Positions 53,868 to 63,529 of a stretch of 64,000 bases of DNA are shown here, piece by piece. Made by a program: the position numbers and the translations under genes. The notes below the pieces were generated by a model. It did not search any database and had not been told where the DNA came from. It saw only the letters and a program-made list of their open reading frames with translations. Positions within the stretch are counted from its first letter, which is position 1, and each line of letters starts with the position of its first letter. The stretch is from contig CAXXSL010000008.1 of NCBI GenBank assembly GCA_963675525.2, positions 32,001-96,000 on the forward strand. The letters run 5' to 3'. Source of the DNA: Anaerohalosphaeraceae bacterium (lineage in GTDB: Bacteria; Planctomycetota; Phycisphaerae; Sedimentisphaerales; Anaerohalosphaeraceae).

Positions 53868-54896
53868 TTATCCACTATACGGCGGAGCTGTTGTGTTGCG
53901 AACCACCAGTTTCTCCTGCAAGAGAATTCGTTGCGGTTCGACCCGGCCCGGACGTTGGATTTGATCCAAAAGCAACTCTGCGGCTACTTTCCCCATTTTT
54001 TGCGAACCCAAATCAATGAAGGTCAGTCCCGGGCTCATAACCTTATTCGCATATTCATCACAATAGCACACAATACTCAATTGTTCAGGAACCGCGATAT
54101 TCAGAGAATGAGCCGCTTGTAAAAGATTCAAAGCCCCCATGTGCCCGTATGCTACAATTGCAGTAACTCCTTTTTCAAGAACCGTCTCCTTTAAATAGTC
54201 TTCAGCAGAGTCCAAAATATCATGAGGCCAAAAAATTGACTCAAGTCCGTGTTTCTGCATTTCGGATAAATAGGTATCATGCCTGTCAGGCAAACTGCTG
54301 TGGCCAGCCAAATAAGGCGGTAAAGGACCGCTATAGGCAATCTTTGAATGCCCCAATTCAAGTAAATGCTGAATGGCCATTTGCGTGCCACCTATATCAT
54401 CCGGAACGACCGAAGAACCGCCTTCTGGGCAGGCTCCGTTAACCACCACATAAGGTATTCCCAACTGAACAATTTCATCCATTGTGATGTCTGTGCATTT
54501 TGCAAGAATGATCGCTCCGTCTATTTTCCATGCCGGCATTTCACTGGCATCTGAAGCATGTCGAGACATGTCAACCGTCACGTCATAGTCTTTGGATGCT
54601 GAATCCATGATTTGAGTGATATTATTCACCACTGTCTGATAGATGTTTCCCAAATCGCTCAACGCATGATTCCCGCCAAAAATATGTATCATTCGTGTCG
54701 ATTGCATCGTCAGGCTCTTGGCAATGAGATTAGGTCGGTAATTGAGCTTTTTGGCGGTCTCTATCACTTTTCGGCGAACCTCATCTCTTACCGAAAAACC
54801 ATTTCCAAGACGGTTATTTAATATTCTGCTGACTGTCGATTTGCTGACACCAGCCGCATCAGCAACATCACTTAAGCTCGGCATTCCACTTTTCAT
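53868..54896 (-). CDS. LacI family transcriptional regulator
   Basis: SLSDVADAAGVSKSTVSRILN, YRPNLIAKSL, HLLELGH, VPEQLSIV. Confidence 0.93.
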   Translation of the reverse strand: MKSGMPSLSDVADAAGVSKSTVSRILNNRLGNGFSVRDEVRRKVIETAKKLNYRPNLIAKSLTMQSTRMIHIFGGNHALSDLGNIYQTVVNNITQIMDSASKDYDVTVDMSRHASDASEMPAWKIDGAIILAKCTDITMDEIVQLGIPYVVVNGACPEGGSSVVPDDIGGTQMAIQHLLELGHSKIAYSGPLPPYLAGHSSLPDRHDTYLSEMQKHGLESIFWPHDILDSAEDYLKETVLEKGVTAIVAYGHMGALNLLQAAHSLNIAVPEQLSIVCYCDEYANKVMSPGLTFIDLGSQKMGKVAAELLLDQIQRPGRVEPQRILLQEKLVVRNTTAPPYSG

Positions 54897-54934
54897 AGGC
54901 TATTGCGCCCCTACATACAAATTGACATTTCCAT

Positions 54935-54989
54935 AAAGCAACCGGTTGCTTTGCCTTCTTATTATAATTCTTTCGACTTGTAAAATCAA
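54935..54989 (-). promoter_or_regulatory. lacI promoter with perfect palindromic operator
   Basis: TTGATT-N17-TATAAT (54989-54961) followed by AAAGCAACCGGTTGCTTT (54935-54952). Confidence 0.75.
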
Positions 54990-55043
54990 GCAATTTGTTG
55001 CTAAATCGACCAAAAAACCAAAAAACGACGTCTTTTTTGTCTT

Positions 55044-56990
55044 TTATCGGACCAATTTCAAAGAATAAATTCGCACCCTGCCTTCTCCCTGACCACCATG
55101 AAATAAAAGAGCAACTCCTTTCATTGAATGCAAATCAACTTTTCGCAGCCCTTTCTGATTGCCCCAATCTTTGCGGGCCTGAAGATTTTTAAGTTCAAAA
55201 CGGTAGATGAAACGCTCGCCCCTGCCTTGATTTGACGGGATCACAAAACTTTCCGCATCATCCCCGGCGGAGGTGTCATAAGAAACGGCATTTGGCGATT
55301 CGATGCCCGCTTCGTCCAAAAATAAATCAAACACAATATTTTGGGCAATTGTCGCATCCAGTTCAATGATAGAATAGCCATCCAGATTGGTTACATATTC
55401 CGCTCCTAATGGATTTTTAAATGCTTCCGGACCAAAAAACAAAACTCCACATCCCCATTCATTCCCTGTATCAAGCGGCATTGCCAGGAAGTTCGATTCT
55501 TTTTTCAGTTCCATTTTTGCATCCGGAGCATAAAACAATTCCGGCCCCTTGATCGGATTTTCAAGCAAGTCAACAGAGGGTGGACGATCAGGCCGTTGGC
55601 CGGGTTGGAAAACCACATCTTTGGGTTTTGGCAGAGATTCCGGCGCTTGACGGTCTGATTGGGCGTGCAGCTTTTTCGCTTGAGTATTTGTTTGCTTCAT
55701 CACCGTTAAGAGTTCGGTATACGGTTGATGGTAAATATCCACAATGCCGTAGTTGGAGTTTTCTCCATCAAAGCGTCCCTGAGGCGACTGGTCCGCAAAT
55801 TCAAACCAGTGGGCCCCGATCACAATAGGATACGACAGCAGATCCTCAATATATTTTTGATAATTTTCCGCACGCTGGGCCTGTGTTTTTACCACCGCAC
55901 CGGCACCGCCGGAATTGGGATTGCCGCTGGTATTCTCTTCGGCACGCCAGGAAAACTCGGTAACCATTAAGGGTTTTTTGCCGCCCCATATCCAGAAACG
56001 TGCCAGCATCTCCGCATCTGCTGAAGGAGAAGGCCGGTAGTCATTAAACGAAATCACATCACAGTAACGCCCGCATGCACGTATCACCGGTTCGGGCGCA
56101 TAGGCAGCATAACGGGTCCCCAGGATCAGTTTTCCCGGCAGCATTTGACGAACCGTCGCAGCAGCGGTTTTGTAAAATGTCTCTGCGGCAAGTTCCACAA
56201 AGACCTTGCGGTCTTCATTTGTCTGCGGATTGACGCAACTGCGTGCATATTCAAATGTCAGTTCGTCCCAGGAAGAAAGTGGTTTACCCCATGCTTTTGC
56301 TAACGCCTCAGTTGAAGCGTAGCGTACTTTCACAAAGTTTACAGCCGCCCGTCTGGCATCATCTTCATCCGGCAGGGATAAAGCAAGTTCTAATAACGTA
56401 TAATTGGCAATATCTCCCCATTTACCATGACCAAACCACGGCATTTCATTATCTAAAAAGACGCCGAAAATATTATCCAGAGAAGGGTATTGCTCCAACA
56501 TGAACTTTACATTTGTACGGACGCGGTCTTCAAATCCGGGACGCAATCCATCGAGGCAGCGGTCCGCAGCATGACCGGTAACATACAGGCACACCGTCCC
56601 ATACAAAGGTCCGTCATACAATTGGGCGTGAGACCAGGCCCCCAATGTATTGAAACCATGCTGCTGGAGTATCTTAAAAACATCGTTTTTCCATGCATCG
56701 ATGTTGCTGAATAAACTTGGAATCGGGGCATAGAATTGGGTATTCGGCCTGGGGCGAAATGGCTCCGGAATAATATTATCGATACCGATCGAAAGAAATT
56801 GGTTTCCCTGCGGATCAACGAACCAATATTTTCCGTTTGCATCGACTGTCACTTTGAACGCCGAGGCAGTTGATTTTGAGGGGGTATCTTCTCGATTCGC
56901 AATGGCACAGACTTGCAAAAACAACCCGCAAGCCAGCAACATAAGAATTTGCCGCTTAAATTGCCCCAAAATAACTATTTTATGATTCAT
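55044..56990 (-). CDS. GH50-like (clan GH-A) exported glycoside hydrolase with C-terminal beta-sandwich domain
   Basis: YWFVDPQG..FLSIG, GFNTLGAWS, FLDNE, LILGTRY, DVISFN, VTEF, GAHWFEFADQ...GRFDGENSNYG. Confidence 0.75.
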   Translation of the reverse strand: MNHKIVILGQFKRQILMLLACGLFLQVCAIANREDTPSKSTASAFKVTVDANGKYWFVDPQGNQFLSIGIDNIIPEPFRPRPNTQFYAPIPSLFSNIDAWKNDVFKILQQHGFNTLGAWSHAQLYDGPLYGTVCLYVTGHAADRCLDGLRPGFEDRVRTNVKFMLEQYPSLDNIFGVFLDNEMPWFGHGKWGDIANYTLLELALSLPDEDDARRAAVNFVKVRYASTEALAKAWGKPLSSWDELTFEYARSCVNPQTNEDRKVFVELAAETFYKTAAATVRQMLPGKLILGTRYAAYAPEPVIRACGRYCDVISFNDYRPSPSADAEMLARFWIWGGKKPLMVTEFSWRAEENTSGNPNSGGAGAVVKTQAQRAENYQKYIEDLLSYPIVIGAHWFEFADQSPQGRFDGENSNYGIVDIYHQPYTELLTVMKQTNTQAKKLHAQSDRQAPESLPKPKDVVFQPGQRPDRPPSVDLLENPIKGPELFYAPDAKMELKKESNFLAMPLDTGNEWGCGVLFFGPEAFKNPLGAEYVTNLDGYSIIELDATIAQNIVFDLFLDEAGIESPNAVSYDTSAGDDAESFVIPSNQGRGERFIYRFELKNLQARKDWGNQKGLRKVDLHSMKGVALLFHGGQGEGRVRIYSLKLVR

Positions 56991-57064
56991 AGAATTCCTA
57001 AGAATTAGACATACTGTTCCACTGCAATGACCAAGTGAGCCGTCCAGAAATTGACCAAACTCGG

Positions 57065-57144
57065 TAGAAACCGATTGCTATTCTATTATTATTACATCAT
57101 TCTGTCAAGATGTAGTTGACAGATTTAAACTATTTGGCTATATT
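57065..57144. promoter_or_regulatory. Divergent sigma70 promoters and second LacI-type operator
   Basis: Minus TTGACA-N17-TAGAAT (57108-57080); plus TTGACA-N17-TATATT (57116-57144); operator TAGAAACCGATTGCTA (57065-57080). Confidence 0.72.
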
Positions 57145-57206
57145 TACGTTAATCGCTGAATTGCTGGGCGCAGAAAAAAACTGTTATAAACCCAAAAAAG
57201 GTGAGT

Positions 57207-58637
57207 ATGAGCCAGAAAACACATTATAGCACCGCCCCGGAGGACCGTATCCCCCTCAAACAGAAATCGGCATACGCCGTCGGCATGTTCGTAAACAATC
57301 TGCAGGCCGCGGCCCTTCCGGCGATGATGGTCATTCTCATTCTCGGGCTTAAAATTAACCCGATATTGGTTGGTTTCGTCGGTTTTATTCCCAGAATATT
57401 TGATGCGATCTCCGACCCTATGATGGGATACATCTCTGACAACACGCGGACCCGATGGGGTCGACGCAGACCATACATCTTCGGTGGTGCCATTCTGGCC
57501 GGCATCATATTTGCGCTTATGTGGCAGTTTCCTGAAGGACATAGCGAAATGTTCTACTTCTGGGCCTTCTTAGTAATGTCGATATTATTCTTCTTAGCTT
57601 ATACCGTGTATGCAACGCCTTTTGTGGCTTTCGGATATGAAATGACGCCCGACTATCACGAACGAACCAGATTGCATGCATTTGCAAACACCGTCGGCCA
57701 GTTAGCATGGCTTGGCGTACCATGGTTCTACGCCTTAATGGCAAGCTCGCTATTCAGGGACACCGTTCACGGCGCCAGAGTTTTAGCTATTGCCGTTGGG
57801 ATAACGGTAGCCCTATTAGGTGTCATACCCGCCATCTTCTGTAAAGAAAGATTTGTCACGCTACCAAAGTCCGAAAAGAAACAGGGTCTCGCAGCAAACA
57901 CTTTCGAGTTCCTAAAAGGCATCGGCATTACCTTCAAGTGCAAACCGTTCGTGAAACTTTGTGGGGCGACTTTCCTGGTCTTCAACGGCTTCCAGCTTGG
58001 AATATCTTTTTCGTTATTCATAATGATCTATTATCTTTTCAATGGAGACGATGGACAAGCAGGAATATTAAATGGTTGGTTTGGAATGATCACATCAATC
58101 GCCACCTTGGCAGTGATCCCATTAACCGGTTGGATTGCGACTAAAATAGGAAAACAAAGAACATTCCTCTTAACGATCTCTCTGTCCATCGCAGGATACG
58201 CTTTAAAATGGTTCGGATATAACCCCGCCCATCCGTACTGGCTCATCGCCGCAGCCCCATTTGTCGCCTTTGGAACCGGCTCCCTGTTTACACTGATGGG
58301 TTCGATGATCTCAGATGTCTGTGATTACGATGAACTGGAAACACATCAGCGCCGCGAGGGAGTCTTTGGAGCGATTTACTGGTGGATGGTTAAAGTTGGA
58401 ATGGCACTGGCGGGGTTGCTTACAGGGTTCATGCTTAAAGCATCGGGCTTTGATGTCGACTTGGTCGGGGGCCAAACGGAACGAACCATGTTCCTGCTTA
58501 GAACATTCGATGTGGGTATCCCCATTATTACCTCCGCAATCGCCCTGTTTATTATTGCCACCTACAGTCTAACAGAAACGAGAGCCCACGAAATCCGAGC
58601 GGAGTTGGAACAGCGGCGAGGCAAAATAACCGCATAA
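57207..58637 (+). CDS. MFS glycoside-pentoside-hexuronide (GPH) sugar transporter
   Basis: DAISDPMMGYISDNTRTRWGRRRPY, EMTPDYHERTRL, DYDELETHQRREG; about 12 TM. Confidence 0.92.
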   Translation: MSQKTHYSTAPEDRIPLKQKSAYAVGMFVNNLQAAALPAMMVILILGLKINPILVGFVGFIPRIFDAISDPMMGYISDNTRTRWGRRRPYIFGGAILAGIIFALMWQFPEGHSEMFYFWAFLVMSILFFLAYTVYATPFVAFGYEMTPDYHERTRLHAFANTVGQLAWLGVPWFYALMASSLFRDTVHGARVLAIAVGITVALLGVIPAIFCKERFVTLPKSEKKQGLAANTFEFLKGIGITFKCKPFVKLCGATFLVFNGFQLGISFSLFIMIYYLFNGDDGQAGILNGWFGMITSIATLAVIPLTGWIATKIGKQRTFLLTISLSIAGYALKWFGYNPAHPYWLIAAAPFVAFGTGSLFTLMGSMISDVCDYDELETHQRREGVFGAIYWWMVKVGMALAGLLTGFMLKASGFDVDLVGGQTERTMFLLRTFDVGIPIITSAIALFIIATYSLTETRAHEIRAELEQRRGKITA

Positions 58638-58681
58638 ACATCAACACGTTTTTCAATAAAACAACAAAGGAAAGTAATAAG

Positions 58682-60124
58682 ATGGCTCAGAGAATTATCG
58701 TTTTCGGCATGATAGGCCTGCTATGTGTTTTCGCAGGATGTAAGCCCAAAAACGAACAGGGGAAGCAATCTGTTGCACCTGAAATGAAAACAATCCAAAT
58801 TATTGTTACCGCCGGTGAAACCGGCGATCGCCTGACCGTGAAGGAACCGATCGTTTTAGGTTCTTCGGCAGCGCCCGATGTTTCAGAATCAATCACGATT
58901 GATGCATCCAAAACTTATCAGTCCATCACGGGCTTTGGCGGATCGTTCACGGAAGCGGCTGCTTATACCCTTTCAAAGATGAGCCCCGATAAACGGACGG
59001 AAGTTCTCAATGCCTATTTTAATCCAAAAGAAGGACTTGGGTACACCCTTTGCCGAACGCATATCAACAGCGCCGACTTTTCTCTGGGCAACTATTCGTA
59101 TAATGAGGTTGACGGCGACTTCGAACTTAAACACTTCGACATCTCGCGTGATAAAAAATGGCTTATCCCCATGATCAAAGACGCCATGGCTGTCGAAGGA
59201 GCGAACTTTAAGCTGTTCTCATCACCCTGGAGCCCACCGGCATGGATGAAAACAAACGGCCAGATGAATTACGGCGGGCAACTCCGAGCCGAATGCCGCG
59301 ATGTATGGGCGCGCTATTATGCACGATATATCAAAGAATACGCAAAGGAGGGAATTACTATCTGGGGACTGACTGTTCAGAATGAACCGGCTGCAACCCA
59401 GACATGGGATTCCTGTATCTATTCGGCCGAAGAGGAAGGTGCTTTTGTACGGGATCACCTGGGGCCAACTCTTGAAAAAGAGGGACTGGGCAACGTCAAG
59501 ATCATTGTATGGGATCACAACAAGGATATCATTTATGAGCGTGCAGAACCAATTTTATCCGACCCGGAAACAGCGAAGTACGTCTGGGGCGTTGGGTTTC
59601 ACTGGTACTCCGGTGATGAGTTCGAAAATCTCGCCAAGGTTCATGATGCCTTTCCGAATACTAACCTGCTATTTACCGAAGGATGCCAGGAAGGCGGTGT
59701 CAGGCTGGGTGCCTGGGATCTTGGCGAACGGTATGCACACGACATCATCGGCGACTTGAATAACTGGACCGTGGGTTGGGTTGACTGGAACATGGTTTTG
59801 GATGAACGAGGCGGTCCCAACCACGTGGATAATCTCTGCGATGCCCCGGTAATTGCGGATACAACAAGAAATGATGTGTATTACCAGAGTTCGTTCTATT
59901 ATATGGGACACTTCAGCAAGTATATCCGCCCCGGTGCAGTTCGTATCGCCAGTTCAGCCACCAACGAGGCACTTGAGACAACCGCCTTTAAGAATCCGGA
60001 CAACTCCATCGCCATCGTTGTTCTGAATCGCACCGATGAGGAAATCAAATTCAATCTTAAGCTCGATGGAAAGATTGCCGCCTGTTCAAGTCCGGCTCAT
60101 TCAATCATGACAATGATCTATTAA
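58682..60124 (+). CDS. GH30 glycoside hydrolase, lipoprotein
   Basis: Lipobox FAGC; GFGGSFTE, SPWSPPAWMK, TVQNEP, WDHNK, FTEGCQE, WVDWN. Confidence 0.9.
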   Translation: MAQRIIVFGMIGLLCVFAGCKPKNEQGKQSVAPEMKTIQIIVTAGETGDRLTVKEPIVLGSSAAPDVSESITIDASKTYQSITGFGGSFTEAAAYTLSKMSPDKRTEVLNAYFNPKEGLGYTLCRTHINSADFSLGNYSYNEVDGDFELKHFDISRDKKWLIPMIKDAMAVEGANFKLFSSPWSPPAWMKTNGQMNYGGQLRAECRDVWARYYARYIKEYAKEGITIWGLTVQNEPAATQTWDSCIYSAEEEGAFVRDHLGPTLEKEGLGNVKIIVWDHNKDIIYERAEPILSDPETAKYVWGVGFHWYSGDEFENLAKVHDAFPNTNLLFTEGCQEGGVRLGAWDLGERYAHDIIGDLNNWTVGWVDWNMVLDERGGPNHVDNLCDAPVIADTTRNDVYYQSSFYYMGHFSKYIRPGAVRIASSATNEALETTAFKNPDNSIAIVVLNRTDEEIKFNLKLDGKIAACSSPAHSIMTMIY

Positions 60125-60169
60125 GCTCGACGCAACAGCCGGTCTCTGATGTTTTTGAAAGGTTCACCT

Positions 60170-63100
60170 ATGCATAAAATATTCAGTTTTCTCTTGTTCG
60201 CTGTTTTGATGTTTTCGGTTTCATTGAAAGCAGATTATAAACTTATCTGGTCGGAGGAGTTTGATTCTCCGGAAATTGATGCGGCTATTTGGACGGCCGA
60301 AACAAATCCGGGAGTCGTCTACGATGCTCATGAGAAACAGTTTTACACTGACAGACAAAGCAATCGTTTTATCAAAGACGGGACACTTATCATCCGGGCT
60401 CAAAAAGAGCAATACATGATAAACGATTACACATCCGCCAGACTGAATACGTACGGGGCATTTAGCTTGCGTTATGGAAAGATCCAGGCACGGATTAAAA
60501 CCGCAAGCGGAAACGGGCTTCGATGCAAACTCTTTATGCTCCCTGAAACCCTTGAATACGGTGCCTGGGCTCGCAGCGGCCAGATCGACATCATGGAAAC
60601 GCAGGGAGCAAATCCGGATCGCATCAAAGGAGGCATCTTCCACGGCGGGCAGGGACACTACAGTACATACTCCGGCGGAGAGCATGTTGCCGAAGGCGTT
60701 GATTTTTCAAAGGACTATCACATTTATACGATTGAATGGCAGGCGTACGAAATGCGCTGGTTTATCGACGGGAAACTTTACGCCATGCAAAACCAATGGA
60801 GCAGCTTTTCGGCCGATTACCCGGCCCCATTTGATAAGCCGTTTTATCTTGCGTTAAACGTTGCTGTTGACGGCGATACCGATGGCAGCCGATTTCCCGC
60901 CGAAATGAGCATCGACTGGATACGGGCCTACCAGATCGAAGGCGATAACCAGCCTCCACGGATCACGATTACTTCTCCGGCCTCTGATGCAACAGTTGAT
61001 ACCGGCGATCTGCAGATTACCGTCAACGCATCAGATGAAGACGATAACCTGGAAAAAGTTGAATTCTACAACCAGAACGACTTATTGGGAACAGCCACAG
61101 ATGCCCCTTATAGTTTTAACTGGAACGTCCCGGACGGGTGTCATATCCTCACTGCAAGAGCCGTTGACGCGGCCGGATTCGGGTGCAGCGACAGCGTTGA
61201 GTTTGTAGCCGGGATCGGTTGCCCGCCCGCACCTTATCACGGCAACCCCGTTGACCTGCCCGGAAGAGTCGAAGCGGAAGATTTCGACACAAGCCCGAAA
61301 GAAAAGGCCTATTGGGATACGGATGAAAGTAATAATGGCGGCGCCTACCGTAAAACCGGTGTGGATATTCAGGATTGCCTTGAAGGCGGCTATAACCTCG
61401 GCTGGTTAGAATCCGGCGAATGGCTGGAATACACCGTCAACATAAAAAAAGCCGGCACCTATGACATCGTTTGTCGGACCGGTTCGCCATGGGATGGCGC
61501 CAAACTGCACGTGGAATTCAACGAAGAAAATAAAACGGGCACCCTGGAAGTTGTCAACACCGGCGACTGGCAAAACTACACGCATCTGATCAAAAAGCGT
61601 GTCCATCTTGAAGCCGGTGTCCAGAAAATGAAAGTGGTCATCGAAAACGGTGGTTTTAATCTCAATTATATCGAAGTGAATCCGTCTCAAGATTCTTCAG
61701 CGGTCAACCAAAATAATGTCCCGTTTTTAAGTGGAACGAATTTCGTCAATAAAAATGGTGACAAAATTGTATTGAAGGGATGCAATCTTGGAAGCTGGCT
61801 CAACCTTGAGATGTGGATGATGGATATTAAAGACGAAGAAAAATATCCCGATCAATACACCATTGAAAAAGTACTGCAGGAACGATTTGGAAAAACAGAA
61901 AAAGACCGGATCATGAACCTGCACCGCGAGAACTGGATCACAGAACGGGATCTTGAGATCGTCCGCTCACTGGGCTTTAACTGCATTCGCGTTCCGTTTC
62001 ATTATAACATCATCGAAGATGATGATAAACCGATGCAGCTTAAAAAAGATGCGTGGCGATGGTTCGATTATATTATTGAAAAAGCCGGGCAATACGAATT
62101 GTATGTGATTCTGGACCTTCACGCCGCGGCGGGCTGCCAAAATCTGTTTGATCATTCCGGCAGAAAGGACTGGAACAAGCTATGGGAAGACCGGATTTAT
62201 TGGAAACGAACCGCCTGGCTTTGGGAGCAGATTGCACAGCGCTATAAGGACTCAGAGACGATTGTATGTTACCAGCCAATTAATGAGCCATGGGGCGGAA
62301 CGATCGAACAGCAAACGGAACTTTTTGATTATCTCTATAAGGCAATCCGTAAACACGATAATAAGCACGTCATTATCGCTTCGGCCCATTTTACCGGATT
62401 TGACCATTTCGGACATCCGGCCGATCAAGGCTGGGTTGGCGTTGGATTCTCACAAAACTTTTACCCCGGACTCTTTGGCGGCGGAGCCATTGTCCCGGAG
62501 ACGCATAAGAATTTTTTTCAATGGCTCGATGACGAGCTTGCGCCAAAGCTGGCATCACTGAACACCCCATTTCTTGTCACCGAGTTCAACGTCGTATTTA
62601 ATGCTGCCGGCGGTGGTCAGATGATGCGGCGTCACTATGATGCGTATGCAAAGCATGGCTGGGCCGCGACAATGTGGAGCTATAAGCTGATTACAAGTCC
62701 GGGCAAAAAAAATACCGGAGGCTGGTGGCTGATCACAAACACCGGTCATCAGAAAACCGGCGCATGGTGGATCGTGACCAACAAAACACCTCTGCTGGCA
62801 GTCGATTTCAATACCGCCGAAAAGGAACAGATCGAAGCATGGTTCAGATCATTTTCAACTGTCGACTATGAAGTCAACGAACCGCTGAAAAAAGCATTAA
62901 CAGCGAAAGATATTCCCGGCCCGATCGAAACCGTCGCACCGGAAACAATGACCGTCCCCCCGGCAACCGACGTTCTGGACGGCTGGACAGCCGCCGACAT
63001 CAACGATCCTCTTCCGGGCGGTCAGAAAGCAGTATCCGATACTGCAATTGATCTATATGCCGCCGGAAGCGATGTGTATGGCACCGAGGACCAGTTTCGT

Positions 63101-63529
63101 TTTGTCTATCAAAAGCTCTCGGGCGACTTTACTCTGTCAACAACAATGGATTATCTGACATTCACACATACCTATGCCAAGGCGGGCCTTATGATCCGTC
63201 AGGACCTGGAAAAGGATTCGGTTTTTGCATCCATAAATATTTTTCCCGACGGCAGTGTGGAGTACGGAGCAAGGCCCGTCAAGGGACAGAACGTCTGGAC
63301 TAAAATTGTAATGGGCCCCGAACTGCCTGAGATTCAATTGAAGCTCGTGCGAAAAGGCAACGTCATCGAACGGTATTTTGCCTGCGGCGGAAGTGACTGG
63401 GATAAGCTCGACTCAGTTGAATTTGACGACATGCAGGCGAACGTTTATGCCGGGCTGTTCTGTACAAGCCATGACAATCAGAAACTTGCAACCGCAAAAT
63501 TCCGGGGTATTGTGTTGGAGAGCAACTAA
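60170..63529 (+). CDS. Multimodular CAZyme: GH16-like + Ig-like + CBM6-like + GH5 + C-terminal beta-sandwich
   Basis: WSEEF, YTSARL, SGQIDIME, PFDKPFYL; NQPPRITITSP; LPGRVEAEDFD, GEWLEYTV, TGDWQNY; LKGCNLGSWL, LDLH, INEP, VTEF; AKAGLMIR; start may be 60149. Confidence 0.88.
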   Translation: MHKIFSFLLFAVLMFSVSLKADYKLIWSEEFDSPEIDAAIWTAETNPGVVYDAHEKQFYTDRQSNRFIKDGTLIIRAQKEQYMINDYTSARLNTYGAFSLRYGKIQARIKTASGNGLRCKLFMLPETLEYGAWARSGQIDIMETQGANPDRIKGGIFHGGQGHYSTYSGGEHVAEGVDFSKDYHIYTIEWQAYEMRWFIDGKLYAMQNQWSSFSADYPAPFDKPFYLALNVAVDGDTDGSRFPAEMSIDWIRAYQIEGDNQPPRITITSPASDATVDTGDLQITVNASDEDDNLEKVEFYNQNDLLGTATDAPYSFNWNVPDGCHILTARAVDAAGFGCSDSVEFVAGIGCPPAPYHGNPVDLPGRVEAEDFDTSPKEKAYWDTDESNNGGAYRKTGVDIQDCLEGGYNLGWLESGEWLEYTVNIKKAGTYDIVCRTGSPWDGAKLHVEFNEENKTGTLEVVNTGDWQNYTHLIKKRVHLEAGVQKMKVVIENGGFNLNYIEVNPSQDSSAVNQNNVPFLSGTNFVNKNGDKIVLKGCNLGSWLNLEMWMMDIKDEEKYPDQYTIEKVLQERFGKTEKDRIMNLHRENWITERDLEIVRSLGFNCIRVPFHYNIIEDDDKPMQLKKDAWRWFDYIIEKAGQYELYVILDLHAAAGCQNLFDHSGRKDWNKLWEDRIYWKRTAWLWEQIAQRYKDSETIVCYQPINEPWGGTIEQQTELFDYLYKAIRKHDNKHVIIASAHFTGFDHFGHPADQGWVGVGFSQNFYPGLFGGGAIVPETHKNFFQWLDDELAPKLASLNTPFLVTEFNVVFNAAGGGQMMRRHYDAYAKHGWAATMWSYKLITSPGKKNTGGWWLITNTGHQKTGAWWIVTNKTPLLAVDFNTAEKEQIEAWFRSFSTVDYEVNEPLKKALTAKDIPGPIETVAPETMTVPPATDVLDGWTAADINDPLPGGQKAVSDTAIDLYAAGSDVYGTEDQFRFVYQKLSGDFTLSTTMDYLTFTHTYAKAGLMIRQDLEKDSVFASINIFPDGSVEYGARPVKGQNVWTKIVMGPELPEIQLKLVRKGNVIERYFACGGSDWDKLDSVEFDDMQANVYAGLFCTSHDNQKLATAKFRGIVLESN

